Shown here: in pieces, positions 1-13,195 of the stretch
How positions within the stretch are numbered: position 1 is the first letter of the stretch
Layout of the letters: the number at the start of each line of letters is the position of its first letter
Origin: Octopus sinensis
Taxonomy: Eukaryota
Reading direction: 5' to 3'
NCBI RefSeq assembly: GCF_006345805.1
Contig: NC_042999.1
Coordinates: forward strand, 38,626,001 to 38,690,000
DNA: 64,000 bases
Notes under the pieces: generated by a model
The model's input: only the letters and a program-made list of their open reading frames with translations
Databases searched by the model: none
What the model was told of the DNA's origin: nothing
Position numbers and translations under genes: made by a program

Positions 1-215
1 TCAAAAATTTCAATGAAATCAAAAATGATCGGCGAAACAAAAAAAATTGTTCAAAAAACTAGTTTGGTATGTACATAAATTTATTTAAAAACAATTATAT
101 GTTTTTCAAATTGAGATGCATTTTCAACAACAAATTATCCTATATTTGTATGTGTGTGCGTGTGTCCGTGTGTCCGTGTATACATGTGTGTGTGTGTCTT
201 TGTGTCTGTGTTTCT

Positions 216-388
216 ACCACTTAACATCTGGTGTTGTTGAGTTTATGTATCCTTAACATAGAGGTTGCGCAAAGGAGACCTATAGAATAAGTACCAGGCT
301 TTTGAAAATAAGTCCTGGGGTCGATTTGTTTGACTAAAACATTTCAAGGAAGTGATCCAGCATGACAGGGTTCAAATGACTGGAACAA
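216..388 (+). mobile_element. SINE family A, degenerate 3' half
   Basis: Matches the reverse complement of the better copies at 48442-48846 and 52157-52627 (gagacc-atagaataagtac-aggct...aataagtcctggggtcgatttg...ccagcatg...caaatgactg-aacaa). Confidence 0.75.
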
Positions 389-496
389 TTATCCCATAAA
401 AGCTAATTATAATCAGTTTGTAGAATCCGTAGTCTTCTTTGAATGCTGCTATAAAAAAATTAGGTTTATACGCCTATATCTATAAAAGAGAGGTTC

Positions 497-569
497 TGTG
501 TGTGTGTGTGTGTGTGTGTGTGCGCGTGTGTGAGTGTGTATGTGTGTGCGTGCGTGCGCGTGTGTGTGT

Positions 570-615
<46 letters not shown>

Positions 616-618
616 ATG
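497..618. repeat. (GT)n/(GC) compound microsatellite
   Basis: Direct reading of the sequence. Confidence 0.95.
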
Positions 619-780
619 CACGTATGATCCCTACGCATCCAAAACCGAGTTGCCGACTTTGAAGTATGGGATATGAAGAGATTCAGTACTATTTCGCTAC
701 CAACTAAACTTTATTTTCATGGAAATGTTTCCATTACAAAAATTTTAAATTATTGTTTTTTCCATACATGAACTATCGTA

Positions 781-991
781 GAGGCTAAACACAGAGAGGA
801 CAAAGAAAGACAGACAAACGGATAAAGCCGATTATATCGACCCCAGTGCGTAACTGGTAATTATTTAATCGGCCCCGAAAGGATGAAGGCAAAGTCGACT
901 TCGGCGGAATTTGAACACACAACGTAAACACAGACGAAATACTTCTAAACATTTCGCCCGGCATGCTAAAGTTCCTGCCAGCTCGCCGCTT
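781..991 (-). mobile_element. SINE family B (tRNA-derived), monomer
   Basis: Reverse complement gives the head gcggcgagctggcagg..., a B-box-like gtgttcaaattcc and the body gtcgactttgcc-ttcatcctttcggggcc..., shared with 2886, 9179, 22912, 32518 and 47101. Confidence 0.9.
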
Positions 992-1309
992 TTTTTTTTG
1001 AGATTAGCTTTCAGCATGGGGATCTTGCAGGCAGTATCTTACTTTCTGCAATATGAATACTTCTACGTCACACAATTCTTTAAATCCGTAAGTCTAAGTC
1101 AATTTGAAATTTGAGGGTAATGTTAGCATTTCTTTCTAGTCTAAGCTGCCATTCTACATCTTTTTGGTGTCAACATTTTCAGCATTGTTCCTCACAAAAT
1201 AACCGAGAAGCATGTTTATAAAGAAGAGTTGTTTGCTTCACACTCCTCATGTCTCAATTCTGCACATAGATAAAAAACAAATAATACAATGTTGCTGTAG
1301 GTCATAACA

Positions 1310-1337
1310 CCCGGGTAACGCCGGGATGCATTACTAA
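1310..1337 (+). mobile_element. Helitron-like 3' terminus (hairpin + CTRR)
   Basis: cccgggtaacgccggg hairpin followed 8 nt later by CTAA then T; same motif type as the ends at 8544 and 62768; 5' end not located. Confidence 0.55.
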
Positions 1338-1983
1338 TGATATATATACATATATAATTTCAATAATGCGAAAATGTTGATTTGTTTAGCTACATTTAAT
1401 TTTGTCGCGATTTTCTTCTTCTCTAATGAGTTAAGTTGTTACTTTATAAGTAGTTATGTTACTTTCTTTATAAGTAGTTATGCTATCATAAAGAATTATT
1501 TGATGCGTGTGGAAATGATAATCCGTTTTATCTTCTTCTACGAAGATATGTGATAAATTTTCATATGAGCACCACAAAACTAGCATGCTGACGTCGTACA
1601 ATATTTTTCGTCTTAAACCTCAGAGAATAATTAAAAATATACTTCATCTAGATTATTTTACATAGCAATCAAGGACTAATATCTTTGTAGTTTATCATTT
1701 TATTGAACTCACTATAATTTAAAGATAATCCAGCTTGATCAGAAATATATATTCGGACACACATATATGTGTGCATGAATTTGTGTCTATATATTCTTGC
1801 ATTTATGTATGTTTATGTGTATGGGTGTATTTGTGTAAATTAGTGCTTGCTTGTTTGAGTATATATGCATGTATATAGCGAAAGTATCTGTTGATCTGTA
1901 TGATGTTATTTAGCTAAGTATACGTATATATATTCAATATTTAATGTGACAATTTTCGAGATAATTTGCTTGTGCTTATTTCG

Positions 1984-2297
1984 TAGGCGCATGCGCGGTT
2001 GTGTGATAAGAATATTGCTTCTCAATCACACGGATCCATATTCAGTCCCATTGCACAGCAACCTGGACAAGTGCCTTCTGTTATAGCTCCATGTAGACCA
2101 AAACCTTGTAAGTGGATTCATTAAAGAGAAACTGAAAGAAGCCCTTCGTATATACATATGTATATATCTATGTATGTATGGGTGTCATTGTGTATATGTT
2201 TCTTCCCCACCACCGTTTCACAACCGGTGCTGGTCGTATGTCTCCGTTGCATAGCAGTTCAGCAAAAGAGACCGAGATAGTACCAGGCTTTACATAA
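1984..2297 (+). mobile_element. SINE family A, diverged copy
   Basis: tRNA-like head, ...ttcagtcccattgcacagcaacctggacaagtgccttctgttatagc..., gaaactgaaagaagccc-tcgtatat and an internal microsatellite, colinear with the 48.4 and 52.2 kb copies. Confidence 0.8.
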
Positions 2298-2885
2298 CTT
2301 GTAACGATTCCACCAGCCCGCCGCATTTTAACGCTACTAATAATAAACAAAAATGCAAATTCAACCACATTGAGATAATAGATTTTTACCTATCAGTTAG
2401 TGTACAATTACCACATACGGTAGCATTTTTTTTAATATAAAAGAATGCTAAAATCATTAAATAGGCTGCACAAAAATGCGTTAATATCGCGATACTTTAT
2501 CACATTTCCAATACGTTTTTCATCGTATTTTCTATATATTCAGTAAACGTACCTCAAATTTTCCACTGTACCTGCTAGTTCCCATTCTATAGTCCACTAA
2601 CTCGTTAAATGTAACAAAAACAGTTCAAAAGCGTAAACTAGATAACTCCGTGTGAAGGAAGTACCTTTCTCTAAATGGTAGGTTAGTTGATGAAGTTGCT
2701 ATTTTTAGAAAATAGCATATTTTTTTCCAATTTATTAAAAACTTTTTGTAGCGAAATTTCCTATTACTACTGGATTCATTCTGTCTGTAGAAGTTATTGT
2801 TCAGCGAGGGTATGACTTCTTGATTATAGGCCTTTCAATATATAATCAATATTATATAATTGATGTCACATTATCTTTACTATCT

Positions 2886-3465
2886 AAGGCGGCGAGCTGG
2901 CAGAAACGCTAGCACGCTGGGCAAAATGCTTAGCGGTATTTCATCTGTCTTTACGTTCTAAGTTCAAATTCCGCCGAGGTCGACTTTGCCTTTCATCCTA
3001 TCGGGGTCGATAAATTAAGTGCTAGTTACGCACTGGGGTCGATGTAATCGACTTAATCCGTTTGTCTGTCCTTGTTTGTCCTCTCTGTGTTTAGCCCCAT
3101 TGTGGGTGTTAAACAAACGGACATTTCGTCTGCCGCTGCGTTCTGAGTTCAAATTCCGCCTAGGTTGACTTTGCCTTTCATCCTTTCGGGGTCAATTAAA
3201 TATGTACCAGTTGCGCACTGGGGTTGATATAATCGACTTAATCCGTTTGTCTGTCCTTGTTTGTCCTCTCTACTACCTTGCGGGTAGTAAAGAAATAGGT
3301 ATTTCGTCTGTCTTTACGTTCTGAGTTCTAATTCCGCCGGGGTCGACGTTGACTTTCATCATTTAGGTGTCGATTAATTAAGTACCAGTTGCTTACTAGG
3401 GTCGACGTAATCGACTGGCCCCTCCCCCTCAAATTTCGGGCCTTATGCCTATAGTAAAAAAGGAT
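2886..3465 (+). mobile_element. SINE family B, head + three tandem ~180-bp units
   Basis: aaggcggcgagctggcagaaacg head; unit (atttcgtctg...gttcaaattccgcc...gtcgactttgcc...taatcgac) starts near 2938, 3123 and 3301; last unit ends in an alternative tail cccctccccctcaaatttcgggcc...tagtaaaaa. Confidence 0.92.
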
Positions 3466-6125
3466 CTTAGCTATCTATCATATTTTTCAAACTTATTTTA
3501 GGAAATGTTACCCATACATCATTGAAAATTTTGAGAACCGTGGAATAAATGTAATACTAACAACTTGATTCTTCACTTGTTACTTTATACTCCACGATTG
3601 GATTTTCACTTTATGGGAAATTAATAATACTTCTACAGAAGGAATTTTCCTTCCCCCACATTTCGATAACCGTTGTTCGTGGGAATGCTATCTGATGTAA
3701 CCGAATAGATTACATGATCCACTCTCATTTAATCTCTCTCTTTAACTTATATATTAATCTTGGCAAGAGATCAAATTTTACATCTTATTCATTTACAGTT
3801 CTAAGTGTATATACATACATATACACCTTTATATATGCCTGTGTATATACATGAGTTTTGTAATATTCGGAGACGTCACCAGATTGATCGAAAGTATTAC
3901 GGCGGAAGGAAGTATGCAAAACTATATTTGTAGAAAAAATAGAATATTCACCACTATATACATATTACTAAAATGATTTGACAAAAGGATAAAAGAAAGC
4001 TGTTAAAAATCATGTACTCATGTATGGATATTTCAGTCAACTTAATATAAGGTGTTGTAGTGTAAAAACTAGATTAAAAGTTAAATGAAAAGTAATGAGT
4101 GTAAGTGGAACTCTAAGTAATGCCAGCAAGGGTGTACTGAGAACGAGGTGTAAACAACAACAGTGAATAGAAAATACTTTAGAATAAGCAAATATACATG
4201 CATGAGGTTAGAATGAAACGTTGATCTTCTGTGTCCTCGTTGAAGGACCGTAACAAAAAGATGTTAAATTAAGAGCACGCAGATAATCACGTATTGATTT
4301 TCTCCTTGTATTCATACTCTCAACAAGGATCTTTATATACGGAAAGAAGGAAAGGTAAATTTAGGGATTAAAAAAGAAAAATAAGTACTCATCCCAAAAT
4401 TTATTGAAGTCATAAAAGTTTCAATTTGACGTGCAATTTATCTAGCAAAGTAAAAAATTAATGAGAAAACAAACACCTTGTTCTCTTATGACTCTGATCG
4501 AAGAACCTTCCTAATGAAAAAAGAAAAATCCAGACAAATATCCAAAGTTTCAGGGATCATTATGCTTGAGATTGCAGATGATCATACAGATGCTTTACAC
4601 TAAATCTAAGCAGCTGTCACACTAAAAGAAGTATTCGTCTCGGAGGAAATTCTGTACACACTTGACGAATTAGTTATTCAGGAAAGATTAATAATAATAG
4701 TATGCTGAGAATGCTTAATTCCCGTGACTCTAGTGCCAATGAGCAACGCAAAATCCTGATGTCGTTATCCATATCAATTCTTAAGTTCTTTAGATAAAGT
4801 ATCTTAGCAAATGTTTCTACTGCTTTCCTGATGGAGCTATCACCAGGTATACAAACGTGTTCAATCATCTGTCTATGATTCATAGAATTATGTGTGAAGA
4901 ACCGTATTCCTTCGTTTATATAAATGAATGAGAAAATCTGTACACAAGAACCATAAAAGGACTTTTGACATTTTTATTTATTATTATATGAAATAAGATA
5001 TAACTAATTTCAAAATTAATATTGATTGGCTTATAATATTTTTCTTTTTCATTCTTGTTAGTGAAAAAATAAAAGTTTGTCACTTGTGTTCCTTTTGCCT
5101 ATGAAAAAGCTATCAAAATACTGTAGCTATAACATGCATTATCTTACACCTGGGTGCTTAAAGTCGTATGGTCCCACCATATGTTCTATAGGATTGCATT
5201 TGCGAAGGACAATGCATCTACTTGTACAATATTTCGTTGAAATTATAACTTAAAAAAAGCTATCCTGTTAAGAAAGTATTGGACCATATTTACAATTCTT
5301 TTGAATGCAATATATACAATATAACAATCCAGCAGCTTGATCACACAAATAATCACAATGAAACATAGCAAATACATTTCGGTTCCACATTTAGATCACA
5401 GGGAATTCTTTATAATAATTTTGGACCCAACAACATATTTTCGATGCTTGGACTGCTATTCTACGAAGTGTTGTGCTCTTGAAGAAAAGAAGGTTAAAAT
5501 TGTTTCCTCAAAACAAAATGATCTTTGATTGTTGGAATATACAAATTGTCACAAACAGAGTTATCGTCGAAATATTTGGTATAACTGTGGAGATAAAAAA
5601 GCGTTCTAATATGTGAACAATTGTGTTCTCATAGATAACGTTATTTTCTCCTTAAAGCAGAGTCTGAAAGCAAATTGAATATAAATTTATTAAAACAATA
5701 ACTGTTCTTAAAATTTTAAACTTCACATAAGTTTTCGTAAACCATTAATGAACATGAAATAACATGTAATCCAAGAATTTTCTTTCACAAAATATATCTT
5801 TATCTGAATATATATTTCGTTGTATTTGGTTCGGTCTTAGATCAACATAATTTTCTATCAATGTTCTCGTTCAATAAACGCTTGAACTAATACTAACAGG
5901 TTTTCAATGCATGTGCTATCGCAGAATATATCTTGCATAAGTGTCTGCGCCGTTTTTGTATGTAGGATTGCGCCTTTTGAAATACACATACATGGTAAAA
6001 CTATGATTCAAAACAACACATAAGGGAAGTGACTGTAGATGATCTCAGATATAACTGTCTAAACAACGTTATACAATTATGAATATGTGTGTGTATGCTT
6101 TTATCTGGTTGTATGCATGCATATG

Positions 6126-7382
6126 TTAGGTTGTGCTCACATGAAATATCGCTTTTTCTAAAACAAACTTTAAAATTGTTTTTAAGTTTTAGAATATTTA
6201 TTTATTTAATCAAGATATAATCCTAGTTCATTTTAGACCATCATCCAATGTTCCTCTAAGGCATATATATATATTCCATCTTCAAAGAATTTGTCATCTT
6301 TTACACTGATAAACTGTTCAAATGCTTCAATTACCTCTTCTTTATTGAAGAATGTTGTATTGCGTATAGCAAACACGAAGTGTTTAAATGTGTGATAATC
6401 AGTAGGAGAGATATAAGGAGAATAAGGAGGGTGTGCCAAAACTTCATAATTCAGGCTTTGCAACTTGTGAACGTAGCGTGAGAAGTGTGAGGCCGTGCAT
6501 TATTATCATGAAGCAAAATTGGGCCATCTCTATTTACTAGTCTGGGTTGCTTCTTTTTTAATTTTTCATGGATGCATTCAATTTCCTGATGTTGCTGTTA
6601 AAGTTTTTCCTTGTAGTAAAACTGAATAATAAATAACTCCTTTTGTTCACCATCATACAGTGATCATCAGCATTTTAGTATGAGATGGTGGTTTTGGATA
6701 GTGTTTTGGTGACTCTCCTGCATCTAACCACTGTCCTGTCCTCCTGCTTTTATCAAAGAGTATCCATTTCTCACCAAACATAATGGGACGATACAAAAAT
6801 GGTTCTCTTTCCAACCGAGAAATCAACATGGAATACACTGTAAAGCATCTGTTTCTTTGAATCTCATTAAATTGATGGGGAACAAACCTATCCATGTTTT
6901 TGACTTTTCCAAGTTTCTTAAAGGGTCGAGAGGCAGTTTCGAGAAATGTCTGAGGTACTGATCCAATTTTTCGGACCGTTATTCTCGGATTTTGTTTAAC
7001 CAAAGCATTCAATTCATGATGCCGAATAACTGATTTTGGTCTCCCTCTTGGTTCAATTTTAAGGTCTTCATTTCCTGAACGAAATCTTTGGAACCATCTC
7101 TTAATATTTCTAATGTCAACAGAATCGTTAGTAAAAGCCCGTTTGATGTATCGTAGAGCTTCGGTGGCAGAGTGACTAAAGTTGTATTCATACAAGAAAA
7201 TCACTCGGTATGGTTCAGTCGTCACAAGAACTGTGGGTGGCAATTTTGAATAATAGTATTGTCACGAAAGAAAAAGAGTTAAGAGTAAACACAAGTATAT
7301 TCATAGAAACTCATTAAAAATCCATTTATAAATAACTCATAAAAAAAGCCATTTAAAATACATTTCATGTGAGACAACCTAA
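6126..7382 (-). mobile_element. Full-length decayed mariner (Tc1/mariner) transposon, ~1.26 kb
   Basis: TIRs ttaggttgt(g)ctcacatgaaat at 6126 and atttcatgtgagacaacctaa ending at 7382 (TA follows); transposase remnants inside. Confidence 0.9.
6233..7243 (-). pseudogene. Mariner transposase pseudogene (Hsmar1/SETMAR-like)
   Basis: HTH region (FLYEY...SATEA...RWFQRFRSG), FVPHQ (WVPHEL-like), GEKW (first catalytic D lost), GPILLHDNNARPH, HPPYSPYISPTDY; stops and frameshifts between 6463 and 6653. Confidence 0.9.
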
Positions 7383-8543
7383 TATTGTAGATGTTCGTGG
7401 TTGCAAATACGTGTTTTTGTGTTCAATTTATGCATGCTTGTGTACGTATATGTTTGCATACATATGCATGCTGGTATTTTAGTGTCTGTGGGTATATTTT
7501 GTCATGCTTGAATGCATATGCGTGAGTGTTAGCGTATGCATGTATACCTATGAGTGTGTATTTATAGACACGTAAACCTATGTATGTGTATTTATTTGTA
7601 TATGCGCATTTGTGTATTCGATGTTTTATATTCAAATCAGTTTTTCTTATTTTTATTTCTAAATTTTCGTCTTTAATTTTTGCTTGTGCCATGCATTGCA
7701 ATTTTGGTTTGTTTACTTGGCTGGAGACACAAGACACGTTATAAAAATCTGCCTAACAGTTTTCTTAATGGCAAGAAGCAATTACTAGTACAATGTACAT
7801 TAAATCTACGCTCGCGCACACACACTCACACACACACACAAGACATCTATAGACTTTGATTTGTGCTTGATTTTGCATATGATTGTTATTTTACGGTATG
7901 AAATATTGCCTCAAATATATAACAGACGTACAGTCGTCAACGCTAACGCTAATACCATAGCAAATATCAGATGGCTCACAAAATTTTAATATTTCTAATA
8001 AACAGTACCCTGCTGTGACTAAAGTGATATGGCATTCCAAGAATAATTTATATTCAGCACCATTAGAAATGTAACGAAAAATGTACTTCTAAACTAAATG
8101 AAATATATTGCATTCAATAATAATACTTCTGTACATGAAGTGAATAATCATGTAGCTAAATGAATATATCTCAATCAACACAAGAGTTGTATTATATATT
8201 TTCCTTTGTCCCCAATTAGTCTATGTTGAAATTAACATTTAATATATACAGTTACACATACAGCATACTTTTTTATCTTGTTTACTAAATTTATAGATTA
8301 AGAAATCTTTCAAAGATAGGGGATGGATCTATAATATAAACATTTAAGGTAATTCATAATAGGTGTGATAATACTAAAAGAACGGCAGCACTTGAAATAC
8401 ATTCGAAATCGTATCAGTAAAAAGTTGTGCATATAGTCATTATGTTGGCGTTGTTCAGGATTTAATATTCGTTTATGAAATACCATTTGCTGACTGCTTT
8501 ACTCTCCTAGTGATGATAGTAAGACTGATATTTTATCAATAAA

Positions 8544-9159
8544 CTAGCAGTATTGCCCGGCTCAACGGGGATTTCAGGGGAGAGTTTCAGGGAGTCGCTG
8601 GCGATGTATCGTGATGATCAAAAATCCGGCCTGCTAAAATTTGGTTAAAGTGATTCAAACTGCAGACTCAACGCAAAATGGTCACATTTAATTCAAAGCG
8701 TTAAAAATGTTATGAAAACAATTGGTATGTGTTCACAAAGTCCAAACGATTAATATGAAAAAACCCTCTAGGCTACATCCTGAAAATTCATTTCTTTGCC
8801 GAATTTCTACAATGTTTACGGCGATTCGTTTTTATATCTTGATTTTTTATTTTTCGTGCAATTTACGCATGCTTGCACGCGTGGTGAACACAGTTCACGT
8901 CAAGCAGCTGACTGAGTAAAGTTCACTATTCAATGCCTGGGATAAGGCCTAAACAAACACATTATCGATTTTTAACACTTGCGAGATGAATTTCGGAACA
9001 GAAATAGCGCAGTTCAATTTTCATTCGCCTAAACTTTAAGTGACCCATTATTGGTGGTTCTACGATTTGTTGGCTTGGAGGAGATGTGTCGGGAAGTTAA
9101 ACACACATACACACACACAGATACAGAGACACACAAGTTGAGTTTTATATATATATAGA
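8544..9159 (-). mobile_element. Non-autonomous Helitron (~616 bp)
   Basis: Minus strand starts TCTATATAT..., has a (TG)n tract near the 5' end, and ends cccgttgagccggg hairpin + caatactgCTAG; inserted between A and T with no TSD. Confidence 0.75.
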
Positions 9160-9178
9160 TATAATGCTACTTTTCACA

Positions 9179-9396
9179 CAGGCGGTGAGCTGGCAGAACC
9201 GTCAGCACGCCGGTCGAAATGCGTAGCCGTTACGTTCTAGGTTCAAATTCCGCCGAGGTCGACTTTACCTTCCATCGTTTCGGGGTCGATAAGTTAAGTA
9301 CCAGTTACGCATTGGGATCGGTGTAATCGACTTAATTTGGTTGTCTGTCCTTGTTTGTGTTCTGTGTTTAGCCCCTTGTGGGTAATAAAGAAACAC
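9179..9396 (+). mobile_element. SINE family B monomer with 20-bp TSD
   Basis: Head ggcggtgagctggcagaaccg; flanked by the direct repeat atataatgctacttttcaca at 9159-9178 and 9397-9416. Confidence 0.92.
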
Positions 9397-10666
9397 ATAT
9401 AATGCTACTTTTCACATTTTAGTCAGCGAGTAAGACAGGAAATGAGACTTCAAAAGCCGCAGTGGGAGGAAGGCGTCCTCTAACCGAAGGTGTGAAACGG
9501 AATGGTGTAATAGATCGGACTTCAGCAAAGGGTTCAAGACGGTGCTATTGACAGGTTAAGGGTCGTGGAAGATTGTAAACTCCGAATGGAAAGAGCCGTA
9601 ACAAATAACAAGATGTAACCGGCTCGACGTTCTTGCGGTTGTACCAATTTACCTCCCGGGATTGATCCTTATATTATGAGACACTACATTGGCTGTAGGA
9701 GTATTTGCATTCAGAATGCAGTTCTTTGCAACAAATATACCGCAGCTGTTCTCTCTGACGTTCTAAGGACTTTGATAATTAACTGTTTATATGTATAGAA
9801 GGAATTTGACAGATAATGTACAATAATCTCTTGGCAACGTGTTCGATTCTTATCGACATTACATCTAAGTCTAAATCATACATGGCAAACTGCACTGACA
9901 CAACAATATGCAGTAATTCTGTGGCATTGAAAAGGTGTTTGAAAAGTGTATGGAATATAGCCTGCGTATAAAGCATATCATCCGATTTTTTTTCTAGTAG
10001 ATTTACTATTTGACAGTCAAAACATCAGTTATATAAAGATATAATAAATCAAAGAAATCAGAGCTCAGTAACCAAATATATTTTATCAAATGCTATGTTC
10101 AAAACAGCTCACATTCAGAAGGAACCAAGAATGGTAGCCGTATACTTTCTTTATCGAATTTGTTTGAAAATATTACAAAAATTGAGTAAAAGATTAAGGA
10201 ACATATGTAAATATTTACGTTAGCAAATATAAATCATTGAAAATAACAATCATTTTATAAAAAGACACCCAAATATACATTCACCTCATACACTGTTGTA
10301 TTGTGGTGAAATATTTTAATTGTTTACATTGGAAATACATTGTAATGGTATGAAATTATAGCACAGTGCCAGTAATTTTGAGTGGAAGAGATAATCTGTT
10401 ACTTCAATAAAAGTGTTCAAATGACACTTAATTTACCATTACAAAAAAAAATTAAATAAATTAAAGCAAATTTAACTTCAGTTGAACTTGAACTTAGAAA
10501 GCAAGAAATACCACTAGGGATTTTGTAAATCCGGATATGATATATATTAGCTTTAAAAATATGATAATAGGGTTTACAAGTCTAATTGTCTGCATGAAAA
10601 ATTCTTCGTATATAAATTTGAATTCTTGTAATTGATTTATATTTCGCTCCAAAACAAAGCATCTTA

Positions 10667-11070
10667 GGATCTTTTCGGTTTGAACTGCAGTTTTTTCCTA
10701 GCGGTGTCATATGAAATTGTCACCCATAATTATGATCCTAGAATCGATCTATTGCATTTCAATGTATTTTAGGGTTAGGGTTAGGGTTAGGCGTGGGGGA
10801 AGGGTATCTTTTTTCTTAACAAATGTAAATAAACCCAATCTGATTCTTAAACGAGGGACATATTCATACGGCACAGAATGCTTTTTAACTCAATAGACGT
10901 CACTGATTGGTTGAGATTGCAGAAATTGAAGAACAAAAAACAACAATATCTTACAAACTATAGAATTTTCTCAATAAAGCCAAGAGAAAAAGCTGTTTTA
11001 TAAACACATTGTACCAGTATTATTTACCTAGAAATTATGTTAAAAACTGCCGTTCAAACCGAAAAGATCC
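10667..11070. mobile_element. Non-autonomous TIR transposon, Merlin-like, with internal TTAGGG tract
   Basis: ~28-bp TIRs GGATCTTTTCGGTTTGAAC(T/G)GCAGTTTTT; 8-bp TSD gcatctta at 10659-10666 and 11071-11078; 5'-GG termini with an 8-bp TSD are Merlin hallmarks. Confidence 0.8.
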
Positions 11071-11599
11071 GCATCTTATCCTACGCACTCACTTACATAG
11101 GCGCGCACACACACATATTTCTTTCTATTTCTTTCTCCTTAAATCTCTATATATGTTGTTGGAGAGAAATAGTCAAACAGTCAACGATAAATTCGTTGAG
11201 AGTTAAACATGTATCTACACCCAGAGAAAACATCATAGCAATTTTACTGCTCAGGCCTCATATTTAATATAGACAAAATGACATAATGTCATTCATACAA
11301 TTCTACTTACTCCAACATAAATACTTAGTAAACTTTCATTAGGTGTCACTATTTTATATATGTACACTAATGTCTACACTTGCGGGAGGTTTTCTAGTTT
11401 ATGGCCGGTCTATCAAAATAGTGATTGTTAACAATTTCATTAGTTACTATAAAAGGTATTGCTGATACAATGTATCTTATAATTTCATTATGGCAAATTT
11501 GAATTATGGTCTAAGAATGAAAAGAGAAACTACTTTCATGTTGAAATAGAGCATTTACGATCGCATCTGTAGACATACAAAACCCATTACATATTATAT

Positions 11600-11645
11600 A
11601 AAAATATGCATATAGAAATGCGCATATATGGATATACCAATATAT

Positions 11646-11701
<56 letters not shown>

Positions 11702-11877
11702 ATACATATAATCGTACACGCTAGCACATACATATATGTATGGATAAGATATCTATATATGCACATGTATATGCATATATATATGCATGTGTGTGTACAA
11801 GTATGTATATGTGTATATGCGCGCGCGCATGTCTGTAAATATATATATATATTATATATATATATATATATATACAC

Positions 11878-11923
<46 letters not shown>

Positions 11924-11939
11924 GCACATATACTTAGAA

Positions 11940-11987
<48 letters not shown>

Positions 11988-12190
11988 GTGTACATGCATG
12001 CACATATACATATACGTATATATATATGCATATATAAATAACACATTATGTACATTAGTATATACATACATATATATGTAGATATTTCATTTATATACGT
12101 ATATATATGCATTGATATGTATGCATATGTATATGTGTGTGTTCATGTGCCTGTGCACATGTGAGCGTGTGTATATGTATGCATAAAATA
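11600..12190. repeat. Compound (TA)n/(TG)n microsatellite field
   Basis: Direct reading; source of several spurious YI-repeat ORFs. Confidence 0.95.
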
Positions 12191-12554
12191 AAGAGGAATT
12201 TTACTGTATAAATGGATGACGTACAGCTCAATTTATTCTGATAAAATGCATCATTGGGTGTTAATAATTGAGTTATGTACAAACTACAAACTTCTGAAAC
12301 TAAACACTTCTGTTACATTTCCGTAAATTAGATTCTACTAATTTTCTCTATATAATTGCATTTAAGTCACTAAAATTGTATGAAGATTAGTTAGTAGCTT
12401 TCAGAAAATTTTGAACACTGTAGGCAATTATCAATACTAAAATATAAATACACACAGTTACCTTAAGTATAAAATACTCAGATTGTGTCTCGAGGACGGA
12501 AGGGAATACACGGACAAAAGTGATTTTCTTTGTGTATTTTTTTCGCCTAGTATC

Positions 12555-12830
12555 AAGCACAATCGTTTCTACTAGAGGCACAAGTCTTAAAGTTTTGAGG
12601 TAGGAGGCAGTCAATTAGATCAACCTCATTACACAACTGGTACTCAATTTATCGACCCCGAAAGGATGAAAGGCAAAGTCGACCTCGGCGCAATTTGAAC
12701 TCAGAACGTAAAGACAGACGAAATGTCGCTAAGCATGCTAACGTTCCTTATTTCTTTATTGGCCACAAGGGGCTAAACAAAGAGGTGACAAAGAAGGACA
12801 GACAATGGGATTACGTCAATTACATCGAAC
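12555..12830 (-). mobile_element. SINE family B, partial dimer
   Basis: Minus strand: end of one unit, junction aataaagaaataaggaacgttagca, then a unit ending in the alternative tail (cttgtgcctctagtagaaa). Confidence 0.8.
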
Positions 12831-12904
12831 TTTCACCTTCAAATAGATTTCTCGATTCTTGACTCAATTTCTTTAGTTGGATCTTCGAAAGTTATAAAAG
12901 TATC

Positions 12905-13195
12905 TCTAGTGTACTCACAAGCATTTTCCTGAAATTACCTTAGGCTGAAAATTATATTCACTGTACTTCTTCCAGCCCGAAAGCCACACTGGGATTCAAG
13001 CAACACTAAGCTGGCAAGGGCATCATTTAGTCTGTTTAAGATTACCCTTCCAAGGACTTTCCCCGCTACACACAAAAAGGGGGATACATCTATGTGTATC
13101 ACATTGACATTTGTTGCTTTTGTGGTTCTAAAGATGGACACGAGAAGTTTATTTAAAATTCTGTGAGACTGATCCTGATTGCGAGTTTAAGGAGG
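12905..13195 (-). pseudogene. RTE-clade LINE reverse transcriptase fragment
   Basis: CVAGKVLGRVILNRL...LLESQCGFRAGRSTVNIIFSLR, a typical RTE RT N-terminal segment. Confidence 0.8.

Noticed and set aside
2886-3465. CRISPR-like regularly spaced repeats
   Set aside because: The whole ~180-bp unit is repeated with no unique spacers; eukaryotic SINE concatemer.
4440-4960. Unique-looking sequence with the 69-aa ORF and possible coding remnants
   Set aside because: All frames I read are interrupted and I recognise no domain; needs BLASTx.
9460-10000. GC-richer unique segment, possible host exon
   Set aside because: No convincing frame, splice pair or homology recognised by eye.
10769-10804. Telomere or chromosome-fusion site
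   Set aside because: Only a few TTAGGG units, lying inside a TIR element with an 8-bp TSD that recurs at 14.5 kb.
11587-12112. Long YI/IY/CV/HT-repeat ORFs here and at 17.3, 28.5, 34.7, 52.3, 54.1, 61.2-61.8 and 63.0-63.5 kb
   Set aside because: Translations of (TA)n/(TG)n/(CA)n microsatellites, which lack stop codons by composition; not genes.
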